Below are positions 37,295-50,058 of a DNA stretch of 64,000 nt, one piece after another; position 1 is the first letter of the stretch, and each line of letters starts with the position of its first letter. The stretch covers positions 9,610,001 to 9,674,000 of the forward strand of contig NC_043018.1 in assembly GCF_006345805.1 (NCBI RefSeq), read 5' to 3'. A model generated the notes under the pieces. The model was not told the DNA's origin and did not search any database. It saw only the letters and a list, made by a program, of their open reading frames with translations. The DNA comes from Octopus sinensis (taxonomy: Eukaryota). The translations under genes and the position numbers were made by a program.

Positions 37295-37835
37295 AAGATT
37301 ATATCCTTATCCTGTGTACTGATTTCTATGAAATCGCTAGCGAAGGTGAGGACTTTATCTAGCAGTTCTTTAAAGATAGAGGCATAAAAATCGACAATAT
37401 CGAATTGTGTAAACCTCGCTTTTTTCTTATTCTCAATGGCTTTAAACCAGTCGGCGACTTCTATACTATTGGACCATTGTACTAGCCTAGTAGCGGTCTT
37501 AATTTTCGCATTTATTTTTCCTAAAATTTCTTTACTAATAATTCCAAGTTCTGACTTAGCTGGGTTAATAAGCCTACATTTAGGGTTGGATAGGAAGTTC
37601 TCTTTGTGGTCTTTGATTGTAATAAAGGCCTCTTTTTGGGGAAGGACTTCTATTTTTTTTTTTTATCTAATTTAAGTCTAGCGGCGATAACGCTAGCTTC
37701 TTTGTTAATTTCGTTATAGGTCTGTGGCCTAGCCTTGGTGTAATTATTAATGATGCTGTTGTGTAAGAGTTGTGAATATGTGCTGTTTTCTACCAGGTAC
37801 AAGTTTTTGGTTTTGTCGGAAAAAAGTGCCTTTTA
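37295..37835 (-). mobile_element. Penelope-like element reverse-transcriptase fragment (frameshifted)
   Basis: Minus translation: DKTKNLYLV..EAFITIKDHKENFLSNPKCRLINPAKSELGIISKEILGKIN..QWSNSIEVADWF..FTQFDIVDFYASI, recognisable as a PLE-type RT motif series. Confidence 0.75.
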
Positions 37836-38761
37836 CTTATATATGGTGTAACATAGCATTGCTGTTCTTCACCCATCCCGTACCAGTTGGAGTCCTTTTC
37901 TGTGAGGGATCGGTGAACAAAAGGTTAGTTTTCCCTCGAGCTGATTAGACATTAAATACAGGAAGTAAGAACAGGAGAAAGCAAGAAATTAACTCTGTAA
38001 TGTTTAACTAACCAAATCTTCCATCCTTCCCCATCTATCTACATATCTGTCCGTCCGTCTCCTTTTTGTCTCTACGTATGTATATATATGTACCTATCTT
38101 TTTGTCTGATCGTCTGCCTGCAAGTCCATATGTCTATCTATCTTATTAGTCTGGTCGTCTGTATCTATCAAACCAGCAATAATTCTATTTTATAAATGTC
38201 ACGGCATGGAGAAAGGCTGCAACAAGATACATTGGTATCTGATAAATAATACAGTTAAAGTAGCCCTTTTATACAATATTAAGAACAAAGAAGCCTTTGT
38301 TTTACTTTATTTTTTTCTCTCTTTTCATGTTCATCTAAATAAATATTTCACTGTGACTTGACATTAAAGCTTTGTTTGACCTTGCGGAAGTCAGAATGTC
38401 CTCGAACACAGTGAAGTATTTAGTTTTGCTTTAGACAAGCTGTATAAAGATATTCTTTGTAATGGTGTGTTCGTGGTCCAGGCTTGAAGGGCGGACTTGG
38501 AGGAGCTCATTGGAGCTGGTGTTGATCTTTCTGTTTTTGTCTTTGAGACAAGGCTAAGAAGAAGGTGGATATGGAAATTTCATTGAGGTGTATGAGTTGT
38601 AAAACTATAAAACAAGCAGATGTTTGTGTGTGTGTGTATGAATAAATATGTTTATGTATATATGTGCGTGTGTATATATGTACACATGTACATAAACACA
38701 CACACATATATATATATCTGTACACATGCATATATACATGTGCATATATATAAATATATAT

Positions 38762-38810
<49 letters not shown>

Positions 38811-38842
38811 TACACATAATTTCTGGGCGGGGTCCCTTTTTC

Positions 38843-38885
<43 letters not shown>

Positions 38886-39163
38886 TGAAGACCTTCAAAC
38901 TTGAGAAATTGATAGTCTGAGAGTCGTAGGAAACGATTCTAGTGGAATAGGTGATGTCGGGTGTATGGGTAGGTGGGTGGATGGTTGAACTTATCAACAA
39001 CCAAAACAGAAACGATAAAAAAAAAAATAATACCAACGAAAGATACTAAGCAGATGAAGTCATGTTTAGGGAACTTGATCGTCCCTTGGTGGGAGGAAAT
39101 ATCATGAACATTTCGTCCCTTGGTGAGAAATATCGTAAACATTTCGGCGAAGTTTCGCATGTC

Positions 39164-40027
39164 GTAGCACAGATTTCCGTCGATTTCCGTAAAAAACTTT
39201 TATTTTTTTACATAAGTAATGAGAGCGAAAGAGACTAAGAGGAAGCGATTTTATGACGAGAAGGTTTCTCTTTGAAATCGGCCTGTGTGTGTTTGATGGG
39301 GTGTGGGAGACAGACAGTATGTTGTGTAAGTGAAGTGCTTCTGTTAGTGTGTGCGAAGAGACAGAGAGAGTAATGTGTGAAAGAGAGAGATAACTGATTT
39401 TTTACTCGGTGTATGTGTATATGTATGTATGCATGTATGTGTATATGTATGTATGCATGTATCTATGTATGTGTGTGTGTGTAAGTATGTGTGTGTGTAT
39501 GTATGTATGTATGTATGTATGTATGTATGGCCGATTCATCGTAATTTTTTACTCGTGTATGTGTATATGTATGTCTGCATGTATGTGTGTGTGTATGTAT
39601 CTATGTATGTGTGTATGTGTATGTATGTATGTGTGTATGTATGTATGGTCGATCAGTGTAATTTTTTACTCGGTGTATGTGTATATGTATGTCTGTATGT
39701 ATGGTGTGTTGTATGTATCTATGTGTGTGTGTAAGTATGTGTGTGTGAGTATGTATGTATGTGGTGTGTGTGTATGTATCTGTATGTGTGTGTGTGTATG
39801 TATGTACTCGGTGTATGTGTATATGTATGTCTCTCTTCGCACACACTAACAGAAGCACTTCACTTACACAACATACTGTCTGTCTCCCACACCCCATCAA
39901 AAACAACAGGCCGACTTCAAAGTGAAACCTTCTCGTCGTAAAATCGCTTCCTCTTAGTCCCTTTCGCTCTCATTACTTATGTAAAAAAATAAAAGTTTTT
40001 TACGGAATCGACGGAAATCTGTGCTAC
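39164..40027. mobile_element. Foldback element with arms of about 200 bp around a tandem-repeat core
   Basis: 39164-39362 is the reverse complement of 39831-40027; the interior is iterated TTTTTACTCGGTGTATGTGTATATG plus GT/AT microsatellite. Confidence 0.8.
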
Positions 40028-41429
40028 ACAACCGAAACTATGCCAACATTTCTATAAAGGGAGCAATTGAGTTTGGAAAGATGAAACTGGTTTGACTTAA
40101 GACTAATGATTCTTTTGAGAATAATGGTTAATGGAGATTTTGATGTTCTAATGAAAAATAAACAATTTCTCTCAAAAAGAAGTTGGGTAGGAACTAACAA
40201 GGAAGACTCTATAGAACCACTCAATTTGCTAGAAATAGCAACGAAATCTCTCTTTCTTTCTCTCTCTCTCTTTCTCTAATCACATGATATCAGTTTTTGT
40301 TGATTTTTTTATTTTTAATTCTTTTACTCTTTTGCTTGATTCAGTCCTCTGACTCTGGCCAGGACTTATTTTTTGTAACCCTAGTACTTATTCTACCTAT
40401 CTCTTTTTTTGCTGAACTGCTATGTTAGGGGGACGTAAACGTACCAACATCGGCTGTCAAGCAATGGTGGGGGACAAACACAAAGACACCACACATACAT
40501 ACATACATACATACATGCATGCATGTATGATGGGCTTCTTTCAGTTTCCAACTGCCAAATCCACTCACAAGGCTTAAACAGAATTCATAAAGAATTCATT
40601 CTTAAAATACCTTAGAATTAGCCATTGCAGACCTCTAAATAATTTTGAGAAAGGAGAATTTTGCTATAATAAAATTCTTGATAGCCTGGCACTCCATTGG
40701 TTATGATGATAAGGGTTCCAGGTAATCTAATCAATGGAACAACTTGCTTGTGCAATTAACATGCAAGTGGCTGAGTATTCCATAGACATGTGGACCTTTA
40801 CTGTTGTTCTTGGGGAGGTTCAGTATGGCACAGAATGTGGCTAAGCTGGCTCTTTGAAATGACGAACACTTGTGCTGGTGCCATCTAAGGGCACCCAGCA
40901 CACTCTGTAAAGTGGTTGGCATTAGGAAGGGCATCCAGGTGTAGAAACCATTCCAAAACAGACAATTGGAGTTTGGTGCAGCTCTCTGGCTGGTCAGCTC
41001 CTGTCAACCTGTCCAACTCATGTCCAGTATGAGAAATGGACATTAGATGATGATGATGATGATGATGATGACAACGACTATGAGTGAACTGGAGCAACCT
41101 GAAATAAAGTATCTTGCCCAAGAATACAATACAATACACTGCTGGATATCGAACCCACGACCTTATGGTTGTGAGCCAAATACCCTACCCACTAAGCCAT
41201 GTACCTGATATTCTGGGGCTCACTCACACGCACACACCTTCATATTTTAACAAAGTTATTTCGTACACTCCTTCATGTATGAAATTATTTTTAGACAGGT
41301 ACCCCTTATATCACCTGATTACTTAACACACACCTTTATATGTTAATTAAGTTATTTTAACACATAGTTTCATATATTAACTAGTTACGTAGGTATGTAG
41401 CTTGCCTACATAATTTACACCTTCAGATG

Positions 41430-41584
41430 TGTGTGTGTTTTGCATGTATGTATAATTATATGCGTATTTATATGCATATATCGTGTGTATATGTTTGTGT
41501 GTGTGTGTGTGTGTGTATGCATATATATGTGAATGTATTGTATATATATGTGTGTGTGTGTGTGTATTTATATCTATCTGTCTA

Positions 41585-41651
<67 letters not shown>

Positions 41652-41792
41652 TATATATATCTACATACATTTATGTATGCATATGTGTGTATATATACAT
41701 ACACATGTATATATATATATATATATAATGTACATACACTTATGTATACATATGTGTGTATATATACACACATACACCTATAGATACACATG

Positions 41793-41826
<34 letters not shown>

Positions 41827-41966
41827 ATAGGTATATATATCTACATACATTTATGTATGCATATGTGTGTATATATACATACACATGTATATATATATAT
41901 ATATATATGTACATACACTTATGTATACATATGTGTGTATATATACACACATACACCTATAGATCC

Positions 41967-41998
<32 letters not shown>

Positions 41999-42016
41999 AC
42001 ATACACTTATGTATGC

Positions 42017-42073
<57 letters not shown>

Positions 42074-42114
42074 CACTTATGTATGCATATGTGTGTATAT
42101 ATACACACACCTAT

Positions 42115-42170
<56 letters not shown>
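41430..42170. repeat. Compound TA/CA/CT microsatellite with higher-order duplications of about 180 bp
   Basis: GGTATATATATCTACATACATTTATGTATGC recurs at about 41650 and 41830. Confidence 0.85.
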
Positions 42171-42171
<1 letters not shown>

Positions 42172-42871
42172 ATCTTTACTTCCTTGCTCATTGTTATGTT
42201 TCTAATAACATATGCTATTCACACCTTAGACCCTCCTTTTCTATTGAACTTCACACAAATGCCATTGATGCCACCTACGTGTTCCCACCATGACCATTCC
42301 TGTAATTATATCGTTAGGATGGTCTCCATTCAGAAGGTGAAAACTCACCCCATTCATAAAATTTCAGTCTAAATTACTGAAAATTATTCAACTCCATGTA
42401 TTTATACCCACCCCTGCTCCACTACCACCACGACCACCATCTTCATCACTTAACTTTGGTCAGCCTGGGGCTATAGTAGAAGACGCTTGTCCAAGGTGCC
42501 AAGCAATGGGACTGAACCTGAAACCATGTGGTTGGGAAGTGAACTTCTTATCACGTAGCCATGCCTGCTTGTACAACACTGCATGAATGTGAATGGTAGT
42601 GGTGGTAGTTGTCATAGTGGTGATGATGGGGGAAACTTCCTCGTTAACTTCTAATCAACTTAAGTGCAAAAAAAAAATTTTGGTAATTTCAATATTGTAC
42701 ATAATTAGTAAAAGTAGTGCATAACCTGTGGAAAATCCATGGGTGGTGAATGTATAGTTGATTGCTTAATTAATTGCTTGAAATGAAACGGGTAATTACA
42801 GGATTAATTAATTAAAATACATGTTCCCCTTAATCATCACATCCAATTTTGTATGCTTGCATGAGTTAAAC

Positions 42872-43555
42872 CAGGGGTTCTCAACTGGGGTCCATATAAG
42901 ACTTTTGAGGGTCCACGGATGCAATGTAGTGAATTGGGGGCTCACAGTAATTATTGAAGGGCAAATGAGAAAAGTTGTGCATCAGACCAGTAAAGTTTAT
43001 GTACAGTAAATTAGTTATAGGCACAGGAGTGGCTGTGTAGTAAGAAGCTTGCTTCCCAACCATATATGGTTCCGGGTTCAGTCCCACTGTGTGGAACCTT
43101 GGGCAAGTGTCTTCTACTAAAGCCTTGGGCCAATCAAAGCCTTGTGTGTGGATATGGTAGATGGAAGCTGAAAGAAGCCTGTTGTCTATATGGGTGTGTG
43201 TGTTTGTGTGTCTTTGTTTGTCCCCCCGCCATCGCTTGACACCCGATGCTGGTGTGTTTACGTCCCTGTAACTTAGCGGTTCAGCAAAAGAGATCAATAT
43301 AAGAAGTACTGGGCTTACTAAGAATAAGTCCTGGGGTCGATTTGTTAAACTAGAGGTGGTGCTCGCAGTCAAGTAAATGAATACATCCCTAATACACAAA
43401 ATATTTTAACAATTACTTTTATATGAGTCCTAACAATATTTAATTATAAAAACATAATGGGATTTTCTAAACACTGAATAGCTATAGAGGTGGGGGCACC
43501 CAAGTAAAAGAGGGTTCAAAGGGGTCCGTAGGTAAAAAATGGTTGAGAACCCGTG
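42872..43555. mobile_element. hAT-type element containing a family-A SINE
   Basis: CAGGGGTTCTCAAC / GTTGAGAACCCGTG TIRs; flanks AGTTAAAC / AGTTAGTC. Confidence 0.6.
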
Positions 43556-44117
43556 AGTTAGTCAGTTTTTATTGAGGTAGATTTTTTTCCCTACAGCTAG
43601 GTGCCCTTTCTGTTGCCAACCCTTGTTATCCATGCAAGGTAATATTTTCCCTATGGCCAGACCTGTTTTGGTAGAAGATTGGAAATGAACACCACATGTA
43701 TGACAGTGACACTCGTTTACAACTATCACACAATTGGCACTCCATTGGTTGTGATGACGAGGGGTTTCAATTGATCTGATCAATGGAACTGCTTGCTTGT
43801 GAAATCAAGATCCAAGTGGCTGAGAGCACCACAGACATGTGTACCCTTAATGTGGTTCTTACGGAGATTCATTGCAGCACAGAATGTGACAAGGCTGGCC
43901 CCTTTGAATTACTGGTACCACTCACTTTTGCTACATAAGTGAACTGAAGCAACGTGAAGTAAAGTGTCTTGCTCAAGAACACAATACACTGCCAGAATCA
44001 AACTTACAACCTTTCGATTGTGAGTCAAATGCCCTAACCACTGAGCCATGGGCCTTTCACTATCACACAGTGTGAAGACAAGGAGACACAAGCGTACACA
44101 CAGTCACATGCATTCAT

Positions 44118-44149
<32 letters not shown>

Positions 44150-45152
44150 CACATTTGAAGCCAAAAGTTTGGAACACAGGTTTGTAAATTAGAATTGAAA
44201 CATGGCATTAGTTATTAATTATTGGATCAATTATTAGTTACAGTGTAGATATTTGAATTGAATTGTATTACCGGCCCCGTCTGGCACCTGTGCCGGTGGC
44301 ACGTAAAAAGCACCCACTACACTCACGGAGTGGTTGGCGTTAGGAAGGGCATGCAGCCGTAGAAACATTGCCAGATCAGACTGGGCCTGGTGCAGCCTCC
44401 TGGCTTCCCAGACCCCAGTTGAACCATCAACCCATGCTAGCATGGAGAACGGACGCTAAATGATGATGATGATGTATTTGGGCTTAAAAATTTTAATTTA
44501 TAAAAAAATGTTTGAAACTTTTGGCCACAACTGTATATATTCAGATATTCCCCTCTCGAGTATTCCCTTCCCAGATTCACACACTTATTGCAGTGGTCCT
44601 TCAGTTTTACTCAGCCTTGTAAAAGAACTCAGAAGGCTGAACCTCCAACCAGTCCTTTTGTGATACCCTTAAAACCAGGAACTTTTCAGCAACCCCTCAT
44701 GTCTACAGAATCCAAATAATACAGAAACAATTGCATCTGATCATTAAAGATGTGTTAAAGTATTTCTTTGTCTCGTTATTGGGATTATAATTTACTTTTT
44801 GCTAAACTCTCACAAAGAGTTTAGCGAAGAGTAAAATCCGTCGTGGAAACCAGGATTTTCTGCACCTGAAGAATTTTTGCATTAGTTTGGAACCTGATAG
44901 TGTTGATAGCCAAGAACTTGGGTTGAGTGCAGCATTGGGAATACCCTTCTTCGTACCCTACCAGGACCTTATATATTATGTATGTACGTATGTACATATG
45001 GATGGATAGATGGATGCATGCATGTATATATGTATGTGTATATATCTGTGTATATATATATGTGTATATATATGTATGTATATATATATATATATGTATA
45101 TATGTGTACATATGTATGTGTATGTATATATATATATGTATGTATATATATA

Positions 45153-45183
<31 letters not shown>

Positions 45184-45493
45184 GTGTGTGTGTGTGTATA
45201 TATTTACGTGTATATATATATATGTATATGTGTATATATATATGTATATATGTATATAAATATATATATGTATGTAATGTATATAAGAGTCAGTGACTTC
45301 AGTATTCAGCTAGAAAGAGAGAGAGAGAGAGAGAGAGAATTGGGATAGACTTCCAGATTATATGAGTTGGTGAGGTGGTACTTATCTTACCTTGGATCAC
45401 TTTTCTAATGAGGAGACGACTTTCAAACTGTGGTGATCCCATCATATTTTCAGACATTGTGTATCTAAGACTGCATCATTTAATGTACACTTT

Positions 45494-45522
45494 TTATAAT
45501 TTACTATTATTATTATTATTAA

Positions 45523-45569
<47 letters not shown>

Positions 45570-45800
45570 TTATCATTATTATTATTATCATCATCATCAT
45601 CATCATTTTTTATTATTATTATCATTATTATCATTATTATTATTATTATTATCATTATTATTATTATCATTATCATCATCATCATCATCATCATCATCAT
45701 TTTTATTATTATTATTATTATTATTATCATTATTATCATCATTATTATTATTATTATTATTATTATATTATTATTATTATTATTATTATTATCGTTATTA
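45494..45800. repeat. Long compound ATT/ATC trinucleotide array
   Basis: Seen directly, about 300 bp. Confidence 0.95.
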
Positions 45801-46710
45801 TGAAACAGAGTAGGATGAAACTGGAGTTTAATAGCTTCTACAGATGAGGAAATTACACATTGAAGATCTATTTAAAGAATAACTGAATCCGAGACGAAGA
45901 TCTGATCTGAGTTTAAATTAGAAGGGAAATATTAAAAGGGGGGGAAAAAAAAAAGCGGAAAGGAAAACGAGGAAGCGTTGGAGATTTTCTGCAGAAGTCT
46001 GCAGACCATTCTTATTTACCATGCTGGTTTGTTGTTGTCGTTCTGGGTGTGTAGACCAAGTGGTATCCTGTTTCGCATGTGGTGGATTTAACATGTAAAT
46101 GAAAACAGGGAGATTAAAGGCGTTTTGGAATTAAAGAAATTTATGTATTTAGGGTAAGATTACTATCTGTGAATTTGGGACTTGTTTATCTAAGTGTTAA
46201 GTGTGTGTGTATTTTTATATATATATATATATATATGTGGTATATATATAAATGTATATAGTTATATATTTGCGTGCATATATGTATGTGTAAATATATA
46301 CACGCTGAAATGTGTGTATGTTTGTGTGTGCGTGTGTATGTATGTAAATATATATATATCATCATCGTCATCATCATCATCATCATCGTTTAACGTCCGT
46401 TCTCCATGCTAGCATGGGTTGGACGGTTCGACCAGAGATCTGGGAAGCCAGAAGCTGCACCAGGCTCTGGTCTTATCTGGCAATGTTTCTACAGCTGGAT
46501 GCCCTTCCTAATGCCAACCACTCTGTGAGTGTAGTGGGCGCTTTTTACGTGCCACCTGCACTGGTGCCAGGCGAGGCTGGCATCGGCCACGGTCGGATTG
46601 GTGCTTTTTACGTGCCACCGATACGGAAGCCAGTCGAGGCGGCGCTATATATATATATATGTATGTGTGTGTGTATGTTTATATCTAATTGCATATATAT
46701 GTGCATATAT

Positions 46711-47089
46711 TACTCTTTTACTTGTTTCAGTCATTTGACTGTGGCCATGCTGGAGCATCACCTTTAGTCGAGCAAATCGACCCCACGACTTATTCTTTGT
46801 AAGCCTAGTACTTATTCTATCGGTCTCTTTTGCCAAACCGCTAAGTTATGGGGGACATAAAAACCCCAAGCGATGTTGTGGGGGACAAACACAGACACAC
46901 AAGCACATACACACATACATATATACGACGGGCTTCTTTCAGTTTCCGTCTACCAAATCCACACACAAGGCATTGGTCGGCCCGGGGCTATAGCAGAAGA
47001 CACTTGCCCAAGGTGCCATGCAGTAGGACTGAACCCAGAACCATGTGGTTGGGTAGCAAGCTACTTACCACACAGCCACTCCTGCGCCT
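46711..47089 (-). mobile_element. SINE family A, full length
   Basis: Same consensus; a partial copy follows at about 47100-47240. Confidence 0.8.
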
Positions 47090-48480
47090 ATATTTTTTTT
47101 TATTCTTTTATTTGTTTCAGTTATTTTGACTGTGGTCATGCTGGAGCACCACCTTTAGTCGAGCAAATTGACCCCCAGGACTTATTCTTTGTAATCCTAG
47201 TACTTATTCTATCGGTGTCTTTTGCCAAACTGCTAAGTTTAAAGAATACAGAAAATACACATAGAATATTCACTTTTTAATCTTTGTTGCTGTCATATTA
47301 AGTCTTTCCATATTAAAAGGCTGGCAGAATGGTTAGCATGCCGGGCGGAATACTTAGTGGTAGTTCATCCTGTCTTTGTGTTCTGAGTTCAAATTCCACC
47401 AAGGTCTACTCTGCCTTTTATCCTTTTGAGTTGATAAATTAAGTACCAGTTGTGTACTGGGGTCAATCTAATCGACTGGCCCTCCCACTCCCCATAAATT
47501 TCTGGCCTTGTGCCTAGAGTAGAAGAGAATATTATGTTCTTCTATATGTGTGTGTGTCTTAGTAATCATCATCATCATGGGGATTAGCCAATGTAAATAT
47601 GATTATTCTCTCAGATTCACCTAAACTACACACCTAATATCTTATTGCATAACACCTTTCTTAAGAAAACATAATAAACCTCCCCTAAATCACGTCACTA
47701 AACCATCTTTAGAAGCCGGTGTCATGGGTTCAAATCCAAGCTGAGTCACCTGATAACATTTCTTATTTATGGCATTTCGTGTCAGAGTTTTTATTTTTTT
47801 TCCTTTGGGTGGAGATTGCTTGTGTGATTGGCGTGGGTGGCATGGCACAGTGGAGTTGTTTCAGTAAGAAAGACTTGTTGTCATTTGAATTGGCTAATTC
47901 TTCATATATGTATGATGTTTTCTCTATAGATGCAGGTGTGACTGTGTGACAAGACGCTTCCTTCCGAACCACATGGTTCCAGGTTCAGTCCCACTGCTTG
48001 GCACCTTGAGCAAGTATCTACTACTATAGCCTTGAGCTGACAAAAGCCTTGTGACAGAAACTGGAAGAAGCCTGTTCTTTTGTTATCTTACCGTTATATG
48101 TATATCGTCATCATTGTTTAACGTCTGTTCTCCATGCTAGCATGGGTTGGATGATTCGACCGGGGATCTGGGAAGCCAGAAGGCTGCACCAGGCTCCGGT
48201 CTTATCTGGCAATGTTTCTACAGCTGGATGCCCTTCCTAACGCCAACCACTCCGTGAGTGTAGTGGGTGCTTTTTACGTGCCACCTGCACTGGTGCCAGG
48301 TGAGGCTGGCATCGGCCACGGTCGGATTGGTGCATTTTACGTGCCACCTGCACGGAAGCCAGTCGAGGCGGCGCTGGCATCGGCCATGATTCGGATGGTG
48401 CTTTTTACGTATCTCCAGTCCAGGGGTCCTGGCATCTGCCGGGTGCCAGTCATAGGATTGGTTCAATTTCGATTCCGATT

Positions 48481-48514
<34 letters not shown>

Positions 48515-50022
48515 GTCTTGTGGTTAGGCTGTTGGACTCTTGATTGTGGGTTTGATTTCTTAACTGGGTGACATGTTGTGTTCTTCAGCAAAACACTTTG
48601 TTTCATGTTGCTCCAGTTCCCCTTTCAATCAGGAGGGGAAATGTTGGCCTGCTCACTTAGCCAACAGGGTGGTGTCATTTGAAAGCTAAAACAGTTCAAA
48701 AGTGCATTGTGACCAGCGATGTGTAACAACATCCGATAACCTGGTCGATCATGTGATGTATATATATATTCATGTATGTGTGTCTTTCTGTCTGTGCTTG
48801 TCCCCCACCACCACTCGACAACTGGTACTGGTTTGTTTACGTTCCTGTAACTTAGCTGTTTGACATACGGGATCGATAGAATATGACCAGGCTTTTAACA
48901 ACAAAAAAAAATGTCCTGGGATCAATTCATTTGACTAAAACTTCTTCAAGGCAGTGCCCCAGCATGGCCATAGCCTAATGACTGAAGCAAGTGATAATTG
49001 TAGGGTGGTGGTGGTGGTGGTAGTAGTAGTAGTAGTAGTGGTGGTGGTGGTAGTAGTAGTAGTAGTGGTAGCTGTTGTAGTTGGAGTGGTAGTTGTGGGA
49101 TTATTGGTGATGGTGGTGTTAGTCTGTGTCCAATACTATAATAAAAAGACATTAAAACCATCAGCATACCTGTTCAAATACTAAAGGTGTAAAATACCTA
49201 TCTCATTTATAAGTATCCTAATATCAGGGTATGTTAAGATATCTCAGCTACAAATATCCTAACTTGTACTTGCCCTAACATTTCCATCTTAGAGTACATT
49301 GAAATATTTTATGTACATGTACCCTACGCGTACTTTAGAGTACTTTAAACTAATCTCGTTCATAACTGCCTTAAAATAGCTGATTCAGGGTACATTAAAA
49401 TGTCTCGTTTAAAGGCACTCCAACATTGCTGATTCAAGGGTACTTCAAAATTACCCATAATTACTGTAACTGAGCTGAATTAATGTACATTAAGACATGT
49501 CATTTACATCATCATCATCATCGTTTAACGTCCATTCTCCATGCTAGCATGGGTTGGATGGTTCAACTGGGGTCTGGGAAACCAGAAGGCTGCACCAGGC
49601 CCAGTCTGATCTGGCAATGTTTCTATGGCTGGATACCCTTCCTAATGCCAACCACTCCGTGAGTGTAGTGGGTGCTTTTTATGTGCCACTGGCACGAGGC
49701 CAGTCAGGGCGGCGCTGGCAACAGCCACGTTCTGGTATCTCAGCTGCAATTTCCATTGATGTTGATCTATTTTGATTTTGATTACAATACTTTAATTTAC
49801 AACTACCCTAAAATAGTTCATTCAGGGTATTCTAGGGTGTTTCTTTTAAGCTATTCTAAACGGGTAGAATGTGGTTTTGAAAGTGTTAATCTATGTAACT
49901 CTGCACATTCCAGTACCATTATTTTGGTGCTAAGCTTTGAATGGTATCACCCTTGCTTATTTACAACCATTTACCCCACCACCACATCTTCCATGCCCTC
50001 ATAGAAAGCTGATCTAAAAACA

Positions 50023-50058
<36 letters not shown>

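Noticed and set aside
38885-38950. GAAACGATTCTAGTGG resembling the 3' half of the 56778 ribozyme
   Set aside because: No recognisable CUGANGA or stems upstream.
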